This document shows positions 29,657 through 39,689 of a stretch of 64,000 nt of DNA, in pieces. This DNA is from Gammaproteobacteria bacterium. Lineage in GTDB: Bacteria; Pseudomonadota; Gammaproteobacteria; Eutrophobiales; Eutrophobiaceae. Positions within the stretch are counted from its first letter, which is position 1, and each line of letters begins with the position of its first letter. Under the pieces are notes generated by a model. That model had not been told where the DNA came from. It did no database searches and saw only the letters and a program-made list of their open reading frames with translations. A program made the translations under genes and the position numbers. The stretch is from the NCBI GenBank assembly GCA_965116495.1, contig OZ220696.1:1824001-1888000 (forward strand), read 5' to 3'.

Positions 29657-30754
29657 TTATTTTCCTGGTACCTGGTGCCTGATTATGTGATCCGCCGCCT
29701 TCCTGAGTTCCCGGCTGATCGATTTGATAGTGTTCCCGGTTACCATGATGGTCAATATCGGCTGGCCTTGTTTTATTTTGGTGCCCTGTGCCGGAATGTC
29801 TGCAATCGTGAACCCTTCCCGCGTGAATTCCTTAAACACCAGGTCCTGCGGGGCATACAGGATAGCCTTGCCGAACAACCGGCGAGGAACCTGGGCTTCA
29901 ATGCCGATCAAGCGGTTTCCACAGGCACCAGAATGTAATTTTATGGCATGGATGCCGAGGGCCAATTCCAGCACCTCAACCGATGCGGTGTACCGGGGGT
30001 TAACCTCAACGGGATATATTTTATCCCCTTGTCTGATTGCATCGATACCGAATAACCCCCTTAATCCAAATTCCCCGGTGACGACCGCCCCCATCCTGTT
30101 CCATTGTTTCGTGTCTGAAGCGTCCAGGACTACCGGGCCGATGCTGCCGCAATAACCGAACTCTCTCGCATGGAACTCCGGCATGCCGATTAATTGTCGC
30201 GTCACTCCCAATAATCGGCAGTCACCCCGGCCACCGATATAGACTGCCGAAAAGCTGTCGCCCGTGAGGTATTGCTGCAGGTAACAGTCTGCCCCGGCAT
30301 TCCTGCCATCATGGAACCCGACGCCGATACCGCCGGAACCGGACCGGGGTTTAATGAGCCAGTCAGAGGGGGTCGCCACCAGGCCGGCGCCGGTTCTTAT
30401 GTCCGGACAGGGGATACGGTTACGTCTGAATACCTCATGTAATCCGGACGGGTCCCGAACCCTGCGGCAAACCGGCATCATATTACCCAGTAATGTCCGT
30501 TGCCTGCATAGTTCCTCCAGGACGCCCGGATGATTTTCCAGCGCCCCGGTAAAGACGAAAGGCGCATCGGGCGCATTGCCGATCAGTGCAATTGCCTGCT
30601 TGGGATATCCGGTAATTATTTCCCCCGGGAAACGTTGCCGCAGGTCTTCATCCCCGAACTGATCAAGCCAGTACGGCGTATATCCGGCCCGGTGTGCGGA
30701 AAAAGCGGCCGCCCTGGCGCTGGCGCCGATGATAATTAGTGGTTTATTACTCAT
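29657..30754 (-). CDS. ATP-grasp protein resembling methanopterin-pathway Orf1
   Basis: GASARAAAFSA, IKP..GSGG, GLFGID, EVNPRYTAS. Confidence 0.7.
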   Translation of the reverse strand: MSNKPLIIIGASARAAAFSAHRAGYTPYWLDQFGDEDLRQRFPGEIITGYPKQAIALIGNAPDAPFVFTGALENHPGVLEELCRQRTLLGNMMPVCRRVRDPSGLHEVFRRNRIPCPDIRTGAGLVATPSDWLIKPRSGSGGIGVGFHDGRNAGADCYLQQYLTGDSFSAVYIGGRGDCRLLGVTRQLIGMPEFHAREFGYCGSIGPVVLDASDTKQWNRMGAVVTGEFGLRGLFGIDAIRQGDKIYPVEVNPRYTASVEVLELALGIHAIKLHSGACGNRLIGIEAQVPRRLFGKAILYAPQDLVFKEFTREGFTIADIPAQGTKIKQGQPILTIMVTGNTIKSISRELRKAADHIIRHQVPGK

Positions 30755-30862
30755 GCGTTACCATTATAATGTCGAGTATCCGAACGGGGATGGATTTAAG
30801 TCCGTCCCGTAAAGTTTGACAACGAGGTTAGATTTGACAGCCGTCCCCTTCCTCCGATAGTT

Positions 30863-31795
30863 ATGCAACAAATCGCTATCTTCTCCGAGAATGACGGTTG
30901 GCACGAACAGCGACTGGCAGACGCATTCAACCGCTATGGGGCGCAGACGCAGGTAATGCCACTGAGGGATTGCCGTATCGGTTTTGAGCAAAGCCTGACG
31001 GGGCTTCGTATTCCCGGCTTTCTCGACACTCTGCCGGATGCCGTCTTTGTGCGGGCCGTTGCCGCGGGAAGTTTTGAAGAAGTAACATTCAGACTGGATA
31101 TCCTTCACGCTTTGAAACAATCCGGTGTTGTTGTCTACAACGACGCCGGCGCTATTGAACGTACCGTGGACAAGGCCATGACCAGCTTCCTGCTGGTTAA
31201 AAATCGGGTTCCCACTCCGCTCGTCTGGGTCTGTGAAACCGCGCAAGCCGCCCACGACGTCATTCATACACAACTGGAAAAAGGGCATTCTATCGTACAA
31301 AAACCCTTGTTCGGCAATTGCGGACGCGGCCTGCAACTGATCGAATCGGAGGATTATCAACTGGACGCGGACCTGGTCAACGGTGTCTATTACCTGCAAC
31401 AATTTATCGACCAGGACGATCACAATGGCCGCGACTGGCGTGTTTTTGTCATCAATCACCGGGCTGTCGCGGCCATGGAACGTATTTCCGAGCACTGGGT
31501 CACCAACCGCGCCCGCGGCGGCAAGTGCCTGCCGGCCGTTCTCACCCCGGCATTGCGGCAACTGGCCGAAGCTGCTTCGAAGGCAACCGGCATCCTGTAT
31601 GGTGGCGTTGACATCATTCGCGACGTCCAAGGCAACTACCTGGTGCTGGAAGTCAACAGCGTACCGGCGTGGCGGGGTCTGCAGTCAGTCTGCCCGACTG
31701 ATATTGCCGAGCTGCTGGCCAGGGACCTGACAGGACGCCGATCGGTCATTCCTGCCCCGTTCGCCGTTCCGGGCTTGACCCGGAATCCAGTGTGA
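30863..31795 (+). CDS. RimK-family ATP-grasp ligase resembling methanopterin-pathway Orf5
   Basis: GWH, GSFEEVTFRLDILH, IERTVDKAMT, KPLFG, LEVNSVPAW. Confidence 0.75.
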   Translation: MQQIAIFSENDGWHEQRLADAFNRYGAQTQVMPLRDCRIGFEQSLTGLRIPGFLDTLPDAVFVRAVAAGSFEEVTFRLDILHALKQSGVVVYNDAGAIERTVDKAMTSFLLVKNRVPTPLVWVCETAQAAHDVIHTQLEKGHSIVQKPLFGNCGRGLQLIESEDYQLDADLVNGVYYLQQFIDQDDHNGRDWRVFVINHRAVAAMERISEHWVTNRARGGKCLPAVLTPALRQLAEAASKATGILYGGVDIIRDVQGNYLVLEVNSVPAWRGLQSVCPTDIAELLARDLTGRRSVIPAPFAVPGLTRNPV

Positions 31796-31868
31796 TATTG
31801 TGTCGTCCCCGGACCCAACAGCAGGGCCGGCTGTGTAACTTCCATAGGGTTTACTCTAAAATAGAGGA

Positions 31869-32793
31869 ATGATTGAACGTACCCCCCTTGCGCTGGTTGA
31901 CACGATCATCACCGAATTCAACAAAATGGCGTTTGTCAGCGGGCCGCGCCAAGTCGGTAAAACAACGCTGGCGCAACATTATCAGCGAGGGTTCAGCCAA
32001 AGCCTGTATCTCAACTGGGATACCCTGCCGCACCAGAAAAGAATTCTTACCGACCGCCTCCCAGGACCGGCGTAGCGCGTACCAGCATCTGTTCCGGTTT
32101 GGCGGGTTTCCTGAGCCGTTCAGCCGGGGGCGCATCGACTTTTATAACCTCTGGTTTGCTGAACGAAAAAGGCTGCTGGTTCGGGAGGATATTCGCGACA
32201 CGAGCGCCATTCGTAACATTTCATTACTGGAACACCTGGCTCATCTCATCCCTCATCGTGTTGGCAGCCCGCTGTCGATCAACGCGATCAGGGAGGACGT
32301 CGGGGTTGCCTTTGAGACCGCCCGTGACTGGATTGCGCTGCTTGAACAATTTTTTTACCTTTTTCGCATTCTGCCGTATACAACCCGGGTCGCTCGCGCG
32401 CTACGTAAGGAAACCAAGGCATACCTGTTTGACTGGGCTGAAATCGAAGACGACAATATCCGCTTTGAAAATCTGGTTGCGCTGCACCTGTTCAAAGCAG
32501 TGCAGGTGTGGCAGGCACAGGGGAACAAGGGAGTCAGCCTGAATTTCATCCGGGATAAAGAAAAATGTGAAGTGGATTTCGTCCTGTCGGAGCAGGGGAA
32601 ACCTTTCTGTTTAATCGAATGCAAGGCCTCCATGAAGGAACTCGCGCCGAACCTTATCCATTTTCAGGAGAAGCTCAAGGTGCCCGTTGCCGTGCAGTTG
32701 GTGCACGAGACCGGTGTCTGCCAAAAGCGTCGCGCCAAAGGGATGACACAGTGGATAATCTCAGCGGACCGGTGGCTTCCCACGCTGCCTTGA
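31869..32793 (+). pseudogene. AAA_14/DUF4143 ATP-binding protein with internal deletion and frameshift
   Basis: Walker A GPRQVGKTT in one frame, GGFPEPF/FENLVA/EVDF in another. The Walker B region is absent and the junction is near 32050-32070. Confidence 0.8.
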
Positions 32794-32822
32794 GGATGGA
32801 TTTTGGAGTCGGATAACTGGGG

Positions 32823-35800
32823 TCAGGCAACAGCTACTCGACCGTCCGGCCTCCCGGTCACCAGTTTGCGCAGGTCGAATACCAGGCTGAGCATGGCGGG
32901 GACGATGAACAGGGTAAACACGGTGGAAACCAGCAGGCCGCCGACTACCACGCCGCCTATGCCCCGATATAACTCAGAACCAGCACCCGGTGCGACGATC
33001 AATGGCAGCATGGCAAACGTCGAGGTGCCGGCGCTCATGAAGATGGGGCGGATACGGCTGTGTACCGCCTCCCTGATCGCAACATGGGCTTCCATGCCCT
33101 CTTTCCTGATGTAGTTCAGGGACTGGTGCACGATCAGGATTGGGTTGTTGACCACGGTGCCAAGCAGAATGATAAACCCCAGCATCGTCAAAACGTCCAG
33201 GGGTTGATAGCCTATGGTTACATTGACCAGGGCCAGGCCAAGAAAGCCGCCCAGTGCAGCCAGGGGCACGCTGAACATGATGACGAAAGGATACAGAAAA
33301 CTCTCGAACAGCGCTGACATGAGCAGGAAAGTAATGATCAGCGCCAGGGTCAGGTTCCACTTCAGCGCATTGCCCGCGCTTACCAGTTTGTCGGCGCTGC
33401 CGGACATCTCTACCCGATACAACCCATTGAACTCTTCCCGCTGCTTCATGGGGTCTATAAGCTCCGCCTGGATGATTTCCATGGCTGCTTCAATCGGCAT
33501 CTCCGTCTCCGGCAGGATACGGATGGTAATGGTGCGTTCCCGTTCCCGGTGGTTGATCTGTACCGGACCGTAGGTGGTTACAACGTCGGCGATGGATCCC
33601 AGCGTCACGAGACGGCCATCCGGCGTCGCGATAGGCAGTTGTTCCAGGGTATGGGTGTTGTAGGCAACGCCTTCCTCGGCTTTCAGGCGTATGTCGATTT
33701 CCTTACCCTCGTGCTGGTAGTCGCTGACCCTGGCGCCATCCACCAGGGCGTCCACCGAGAAACCCAGGTCCCGGTTGCTGATACCCAGTTGCGCGGCGCG
33801 GCGCCGGTCCACCATGACCTGCACTTCCGGATTACCCAGGTCCAGGCCGGGTATGGGAAAGACCTGGGCGCCGGGCATTACCCGGGACGCCGTTACAAAG
33901 ATTTCCGCACCCAGGGCAATGAGCCGTTCCAGGTCGGGCCCCTTAATCTCCACGTCAATGGATCGCCCTTCGCCGCCCTCGTCCTCAAACAGGCTCCACT
34001 GTTGCAGTATCGGTATGGCGCCTGGAACACTTGCCATGGCCTGCTGAAAGATTGGGATCAATTCGCTGGTCCGGCGTGGATCATTAGGGGTGACCCCCAT
34101 GAATATCACGCTACCTTCAAACCCGAAAAAAAATGTATGCAGGCCGGCACCGGGTAGCGCGTCTGCTTCCGGCGTACCGGGCGGATAGGACTTCAGGTAT
34201 TCCATGGCGCCGGCAAACTGGTCATGTATCTTCGACCGTTCTTCCACGGTATAGCCCGGCGGCGGCAGCAGCAGTCCGAACAGGAAATCGGTGTCACCGG
34301 TGGGAAGATATTCCGTCTTGGGTTTAATCACGATACTGATGCCGATTGCCAGGGCAACCACGATACTGACGATGAGCAGGCGGCGCAGCACCGACTCATT
34401 AATCCAGTAAGACAGGGATGCTATGCTGTCTCTTAACCGCGACGCGAGCGGTACGCCGCCCCACAGCCTGCGGAAACCGCTGTCGCTGCCGGCGACCCTG
34501 AGCATGCGGGCCGACATGGTGGGAATCACGGTTATCGCCACGATCAGGCTCAGGCCCACGGCACAGCTGATGGCTACGGCAATGTCACCAAATAACTTTC
34601 CTATTTCCTCTTCCATCAAAATCACCGGGGCAAATACGGCGATGGTCGTCAGGGTACTGGCCAGCACCGCGCCCCAGACTTCGGTGACGCCGTCATGGGC
34701 CGCGCTGAAGATTGATTTGCCCGACTGCCTGTGCCGGTAGATGTTCTCCAGTACGACGATGGAATTATCCACCACCATCCCGGTCGCAAACGCCAGGCCG
34801 GCCAGGCTGATCACGTTTATCGTCTTGTTGAACACGGCCATCATCAGGAAGGTGCCGATGATACTGATGGGAATGGTGAGCGCGGCGATAAGGGTGCTGC
34901 CGGCGTTACGCAGGAACAGCAACAGCACCAGGATCGCGAGGGTGCCGCCGATGAACAGGTTGGTGCGCACCAGGTCTATGGCGCTGTTGATGTACCCGGT
35001 CTGGTCCCAGGCATGCTCCAGGGTAAGCCCCCGGGGCTCGAGTAATTCGTCGTTTATTCTTGCAACCCTTTCCTTCACCTGCGCCATGATATCCAGTTCG
35101 TTGGCGCCCACCTCGCGTTGAATATTCATCGCAATAGTCTCGTTTTTCAGACTGAATATCGCACCTGTGGGCTTTTCATGGGTAAGCACCACCCGGGCCA
35201 CGTCACGGAGATAGACCGGCACGTTATTGCGATTGGCGATCACGATGTTTTCCAGGTCCTGCGGGGACTGATACTCGCCGACCGTACGCACGATATAGCG
35301 CCGCTTCCCTTCGTCGAAATCACCCCCGCTGTAGTTACGGTTTTCCCTCTCGATAGCCGCGGCCAGTTCGTTTAACGTCACCTGGCGCAACGCCAGTTTT
35401 GCCGGGTCTGCCATGACCTGGATTTCCGCTTCACGGCCACCATAGGTATTCGACTTGGAAACGCCTTCCACCCGCTCCAGTTCCGGGATGATGTAGTCAT
35501 CGACGAAGTCGTACAAGGTGGAAATATCGCCCTCAAAGCCGTTGTCCGGAGTGGGATCAATGTGATACCAGGCTATCGCGCCGGATACGCCTGCCTGCCC
35601 CGATATAATAGGCTTCTCAACGTTCGTCGGATAGGATTCCACCTGGTCGAGACGGTTCGATACCTTGAGCCTGGCCGCATCCTTATCGGTCCCGACCTGG
35701 AACTGCAGCGTAATAATGCCCTGGCCGTCATGGCTCTCGCTACGCATTCTCACCAGTCCTTCCAGGGATTTAAGTTCTTCTTCCTGCTCGTCGACGATAT

Positions 35801-35984
35801 CCCGCTCCACCTCAAGGGGACTCGCGCCCGGCCAGATGGTGGTGACCGTTATCTCCGGCTTGATTACGTCCGGAGTCAACTGTACAGGCAGATCGATAAG
35901 GGCAACGATGCCGAACAGGATAAGGAAAATAACGCCTACCGCGGTGGAAACCGGATAGCGGATACAGGACTGAATGAAATTCAT
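32823..35984 (-). CDS. RND efflux permease (AcrB/HAE1-like)
   Basis: 1053 aa, GMVVDNSIVVLENI, RIRPIFMS, 12-TM pattern. Confidence 0.92.
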   Translation of the reverse strand: MNFIQSCIRYPVSTAVGVIFLILFGIVALIDLPVQLTPDVIKPEITVTTIWPGASPLEVERDIVDEQEEELKSLEGLVRMRSESHDGQGIITLQFQVGTDKDAARLKVSNRLDQVESYPTNVEKPIISGQAGVSGAIAWYHIDPTPDNGFEGDISTLYDFVDDYIIPELERVEGVSKSNTYGGREAEIQVMADPAKLALRQVTLNELAAAIERENRNYSGGDFDEGKRRYIVRTVGEYQSPQDLENIVIANRNNVPVYLRDVARVVLTHEKPTGAIFSLKNETIAMNIQREVGANELDIMAQVKERVARINDELLEPRGLTLEHAWDQTGYINSAIDLVRTNLFIGGTLAILVLLLFLRNAGSTLIAALTIPISIIGTFLMMAVFNKTINVISLAGLAFATGMVVDNSIVVLENIYRHRQSGKSIFSAAHDGVTEVWGAVLASTLTTIAVFAPVILMEEEIGKLFGDIAVAISCAVGLSLIVAITVIPTMSARMLRVAGSDSGFRRLWGGVPLASRLRDSIASLSYWINESVLRRLLIVSIVVALAIGISIVIKPKTEYLPTGDTDFLFGLLLPPPGYTVEERSKIHDQFAGAMEYLKSYPPGTPEADALPGAGLHTFFFGFEGSVIFMGVTPNDPRRTSELIPIFQQAMASVPGAIPILQQWSLFEDEGGEGRSIDVEIKGPDLERLIALGAEIFVTASRVMPGAQVFPIPGLDLGNPEVQVMVDRRRAAQLGISNRDLGFSVDALVDGARVSDYQHEGKEIDIRLKAEEGVAYNTHTLEQLPIATPDGRLVTLGSIADVVTTYGPVQINHRERERTITIRILPETEMPIEAAMEIIQAELIDPMKQREEFNGLYRVEMSGSADKLVSAGNALKWNLTLALIITFLLMSALFESFLYPFVIMFSVPLAALGGFLGLALVNVTIGYQPLDVLTMLGFIILLGTVVNNPILIVHQSLNYIRKEGMEAHVAIREAVHSRIRPIFMSAGTSTFAMLPLIVAPGAGSELYRGIGGVVVGGLLVSTVFTLFIVPAMLSLVFDLRKLVTGRPDGRVAVA

Positions 35985-37048
35985 GGGGACGGGTACGGCA
36001 AAAGCTCGGCCTGGACGGGTTGCCCGGGCTGCAACCGTTCATTGCCGCGCGTGATCACCCTGTCTCCCGGAGCGATGGCGCCGTTCACCACCGCCCATAA
36101 CCCCATGGCACCGCCGACCATCACCGGGACCGGGACGGCGCTGCCATCGTTGACCAAGAATACCACGGTGTTATCACCCAGGCGCACGATGGCATCCTTG
36201 GGTACCAGGGTGCCGGGGCTGGTATCTCCGAGGGGAAAGGCTGCGCGCGCCAGCATGCCGGCGCCGATATTAACACTGGTTTCCCGTAAACGCAGTTTCA
36301 CCGGGAAGGTGCGTGCGCCAGGGTCCGCACGGGGAATCACGGCGCGTATATAAGTTACATATTCCCGGCCCGGGACAGAATCAAATGTGACGTTGACGTT
36401 GACTCCGACTTTCAGGTCGTTGAAATACTTCTCCGGGACGTCCACGTGGACTTCCTGGATATCCATGGACAGCACCTCCAGCAGCCCGGCGCCGACGCCA
36501 CTCCACTGCCCTACTTCCGTGTTTCGGGAAACGACCACGCCGTTAAACGGTGCCCGGATCGTGCTCCGTTTTATATCAAATTGGATACTCGCGATCTCCG
36601 CGTGCAAGGTTTCAATACGACCCTGCCAGGCGTCAAATTCATAGCGGGCTTCATCCAGTTCATGACGCGAAATGGCGTTTCCCTCTACCAGCCCCCGGTA
36701 GCGTTCCAGGCTCGTTTCAGCCAGTTTCCTGCGCGCCTGTGCCTCTTTCAGGCGAGCCTGTGCGGCTTGCAGGTCCAACTCCAGCGGCGTGGTGCGCAAC
36801 TGAACCAGGGGCTGATCTCGGGTAACCCGATCGCCTTCCCTCACCTTGAGTTCCGTTACCAGTCCGCTTATCTCACTCGCCAGTACGCTGATGTTGGGTG
36901 CTTCCAGATATCCCGGTAATCGTACGGTCTGCTCTACCGGGATATTGACGGCCTCCGTGTATTTGACCGGCATTGCCTTTTGTCCGTAATCCTGGGCGTG
37001 AGCGAGCACGGCAAAACAGACAACAAGTGCTTTGAGAATCCTTTTCAT
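35981..37048 (-). CDS. RND periplasmic adaptor subunit
   Basis: VREGDRV, IRAPFNGVV, RTFPVK. Confidence 0.9.
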   Translation of the reverse strand: MKRILKALVVCFAVLAHAQDYGQKAMPVKYTEAVNIPVEQTVRLPGYLEAPNISVLASEISGLVTELKVREGDRVTRDQPLVQLRTTPLELDLQAAQARLKEAQARRKLAETSLERYRGLVEGNAISRHELDEARYEFDAWQGRIETLHAEIASIQFDIKRSTIRAPFNGVVVSRNTEVGQWSGVGAGLLEVLSMDIQEVHVDVPEKYFNDLKVGVNVNVTFDSVPGREYVTYIRAVIPRADPGARTFPVKLRLRETSVNIGAGMLARAAFPLGDTSPGTLVPKDAIVRLGDNTVVFLVNDGSAVPVPVMVGGAMGLWAVVNGAIAPGDRVITRGNERLQPGQPVQAELLPYPSP

Positions 37049-37147
37049 AAACCCATCACCTACGAGTTACACAGATATGCACGGATACAAATGAATAACC
37101 CTGGGTAACCTGCAAATTGAGAGGGTTGCCTGTTCAGGCTTTTATCA

Positions 37148-37639
37148 TCAGGAGACCTCGTTGAGTCGCCCTGTGGCGCAATCGTAGATGAAACCGCGAA
37201 TCTGATCTTTGTAAAGGATAAACGGATTGGCGTGGATTCGAGCCATGGACTGGCGTACATCCTGTTCCAGGTCTCCGAATGCCTCCAGGGCGAACGACGG
37301 ACGCAAACCGGTATCGGCCTCGATACCGTCTTTGACATCGTCGTCGCGAAACGTCAACATCCCACAGTCCGTATGGTGGACTAATATGATTTCCCGGGTG
37401 TCAAGCAAACGCTGTGAGATCACCAGAGAACGGATCACGTCATCGCTGACCACGCCGCCGGCATTGCGTATCACGTGGGCGTCGCCTTCTTCAAGGCCCA
37501 GGATCCGGTGCGGGTCCATACGGGCATCCATACAAGCCACGACCGCGAGTTTACGTCCCGGCGGCAGCGGCAGATCGCCTTTATCAAAACTTTCGGCATA
37601 GCGAGTATTGTTAGTGAGAAGATCTTCAATCATGGTCAT
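37148..37639 (-). CDS. Beta-class carbonic anhydrase
   Basis: CMDAR, RNAGG and HHTDCG zinc ligands. Confidence 0.92.
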   Translation of the reverse strand: MTMIEDLLTNNTRYAESFDKGDLPLPPGRKLAVVACMDARMDPHRILGLEEGDAHVIRNAGGVVSDDVIRSLVISQRLLDTREIILVHHTDCGMLTFRDDDVKDGIEADTGLRPSFALEAFGDLEQDVRQSMARIHANPFILYKDQIRGFIYDCATGRLNEVS

Positions 37640-37739
37640 TACCTGTCATGTTCATTATGGATATGTAAGCAGAACTACGAACGGCAAAGGTTATCATAAG
37701 GAGAAAATCTGAGCAGATATATTTTTGTTGAAAATGGAC

Positions 37740-37823
37740 TGGATACCGGCATTCGCCGGTATGACGGCCAGAGGAGCTTGTCGGTATGACAGGGGATCAT
37801 CCTACCGGGCTTGACCCGGTACC
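37740..37823. repeat. CGTC-type REP cluster
   Basis: TGGATACCGGCATTCGCCGGTATGACG plus a TACCGGG-CTTGA-CCCGGTA hairpin. Confidence 0.7.
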
Positions 37824-37836
37824 TGCGCCAGACCGG

Positions 37837-38634
37837 TCAGTTCAATAACTCCAGGGCTTCCCCATGCAACCTTTCACTGGCCGCGGCGATGACCATCCCG
37901 CCGTTTACAGCAGTGTTACCCTGCCAGTCGGTAATGATGCCGCCGGCGCCTTCAACAATCGGAATCAGGGGCATGATGTCATAGGGCGACAGCCCTCCTT
38001 CGACTACCAGGTCAACGTAACCGCAGGCCAGCATCCCGTAACCCAGACATTCCGTTCCGTAACGGGAAAAGCGGCACCTGGCAATGACGCCCATAAACTT
38101 TTCCCGTGCTTCATCCGTCGGGTACATGGCGGGATGAGTGCAACACACGATAGCCTCATCCAGGTCAACGCGTTCCCGTACCCTGATACGGGTCCGTTGT
38201 TGCCGGCGCAGGAAGTAGGCCGTGTTGCCGTCACCCAGCCAGGTTTCGCCCAGGTAGGGTTGGCGCATGGCGCCGACCAGGCATTCATCAGCCCGTTTCA
38301 GCCCTATTAACACTCCCCACATGGGTGTGCCTGAAATAAATCCCCGGGTGCCGTCGATAGGATCAACCAGCCAGGTAAATGAATCTGTCCCCTCTTTTGT
38401 GCCGAATTCCTCGCCGATGATGGCATGGCCGGGATACTTGGCAAGTATCCTCTTGCGGATGAACTCCTCCGTTTCCCTGTCGGCTATGGTGACCGGGTCA
38501 AATGCTTCTCCCTTCTGGCGTTTATCGGTTACTGTCAGATCATTGCGGAAATATCGCAGTGACACCTCACCTGCCTGTTCGATCATCTCCTCCAGGAAAG
38601 GCATATATTCAGCAGACGCTACGGTATCATTCAT
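37837..38634 (-). CDS. Inositol monophosphatase family protein (HisN-like histidinol phosphatase)
   Basis: DPVTIAD, GEE, DPIDGTRGF, YDIMPLIPIVEGAGG. Confidence 0.85.
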   Translation of the reverse strand: MNDTVASAEYMPFLEEMIEQAGEVSLRYFRNDLTVTDKRQKGEAFDPVTIADRETEEFIRKRILAKYPGHAIIGEEFGTKEGTDSFTWLVDPIDGTRGFISGTPMWGVLIGLKRADECLVGAMRQPYLGETWLGDGNTAYFLRRQQRTRIRVRERVDLDEAIVCCTHPAMYPTDEAREKFMGVIARCRFSRYGTECLGYGMLACGYVDLVVEGGLSPYDIMPLIPIVEGAGGIITDWQGNTAVNGGMVIAAASERLHGEALELLN

Positions 38635-38658
38635 TAAGAAAATGAGGACAAATGCGGG

Positions 38659-38916
38659 CTAAACCGTCTCCACGTCCTGGCCCTTGATATAATCGGGCCT
38701 GTCCCGTACCTCAATGATCTTCCGGCGCTCTTCATCTGCCCGCTTAACCATTTCATCTATATCACCCAGATCACACACTTTACGGGCCAGATCAACCAGG
38801 GGACCGTAGCCGCGGGTTTTTGGATGGGTGGTAATATCGTCAATCCACTCGCCGCCACAGAGAACGCGGCGCCCGTCGCGAATTGATTGCAGATATTCCT
38901 TACCGGTTCTGAGCAT
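38659..38916 (-). pseudogene. HpaB-like flavin monooxygenase remnant (N-terminus joined to a presumed C-terminus)
   Basis: MLRTGKEYLQSIRDGR..G..IDDITTHP is the HpaB-family N-terminus, yet the ORF is only 85 aa. Confidence 0.7.
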
Positions 38917-39065
38917 TATTTGTCCCCTCTGGTCTATTGGCTAGTTAACCACTCTCACGTTATCATAACGTTATGGGTGATGCGAAGCGTTCTGTCGAGC
39001 AGACAGAAACCGGTGGTTTAAATTGGCCGGCTGATCGTCGATAATCAGTATTCTCTATACGACCG

Positions 39066-39620
39066 ATGAAAAAATTTCTTCGAGATACCAATATCGAGGC
39101 GGACCGGTTTCGCAATGCCATGGCGCAACTGACCGGCGCCGTCAATATCATCGCCACCCGCAACGGCGAGGTCAGGTCAGGGCTGACCGCGAGTGCGGTA
39201 TGTTCTTTTTCGACGGAACCGCCGCGCCTGCTGGCCTGTGTGAACTTCAGCGGCAACAGTTTCCGGCATATAGCCGAAAGCCGCTGCATGAGTGTTAACG
39301 TGCTGGCGCAAAGCCAGGAACTGCTGGCGAAACGCTTTGCCGACATGCTCGGAGGCCGGCATGAAGATCGTTTTAACTACGGCAAATGGACAGAACTGGT
39401 AACCGGAGCGCCGGTACTGGAGGAGGCCCTGGCGGGTTTTGATTGCACCGTTGAGGAGATGCTGGTTGCCCATACCCACGCGGTCATCGTCGGCGAGGTA
39501 AAAGACGTAGTCGTAAATGGAGGCATGAAGCCCCTGCTTTACCTGAACCGGGCGTTTACCACCACCATGGGTCATTATGACGACCTGCACCTGGACTACA
39601 GCATGTCCCCCTGGTACTGA
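39066..39620 (+). CDS. Flavin reductase (HpaC/RutF-like)
   Basis: FRNAMAQL, GLTASAVCS, PPRLL, TGAPVL, THAVIVG. Confidence 0.9.
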   Translation: MKKFLRDTNIEADRFRNAMAQLTGAVNIIATRNGEVRSGLTASAVCSFSTEPPRLLACVNFSGNSFRHIAESRCMSVNVLAQSQELLAKRFADMLGGRHEDRFNYGKWTELVTGAPVLEEALAGFDCTVEEMLVAHTHAVIVGEVKDVVVNGGMKPLLYLNRAFTTTMGHYDDLHLDYSMSPWY

Positions 39621-39621
39621 A

Positions 39622-39684
39622 AATTTGGGACACCCATAAATTGGGATCAGGGTAAAAATTCTTATGAATTTTTACCCTGATCCC
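39622..39684. repeat. Fused GGGACACCC repeat and GGGATCAGGGTA palindrome
   Basis: AATTTGGGACACCCATAAATT followed by GGGATCAGGGTAAAAATTC ... GAATTTTTACCCTGATCCC. Confidence 0.75.
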
Positions 39685-39689
39685 GGATA

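Noticed and set aside
32823-37048. RND pump lacking an outer-membrane factor and with DN/NN proton-relay variants
   Set aside because: Common arrangement. TolC-like genes are often encoded elsewhere.
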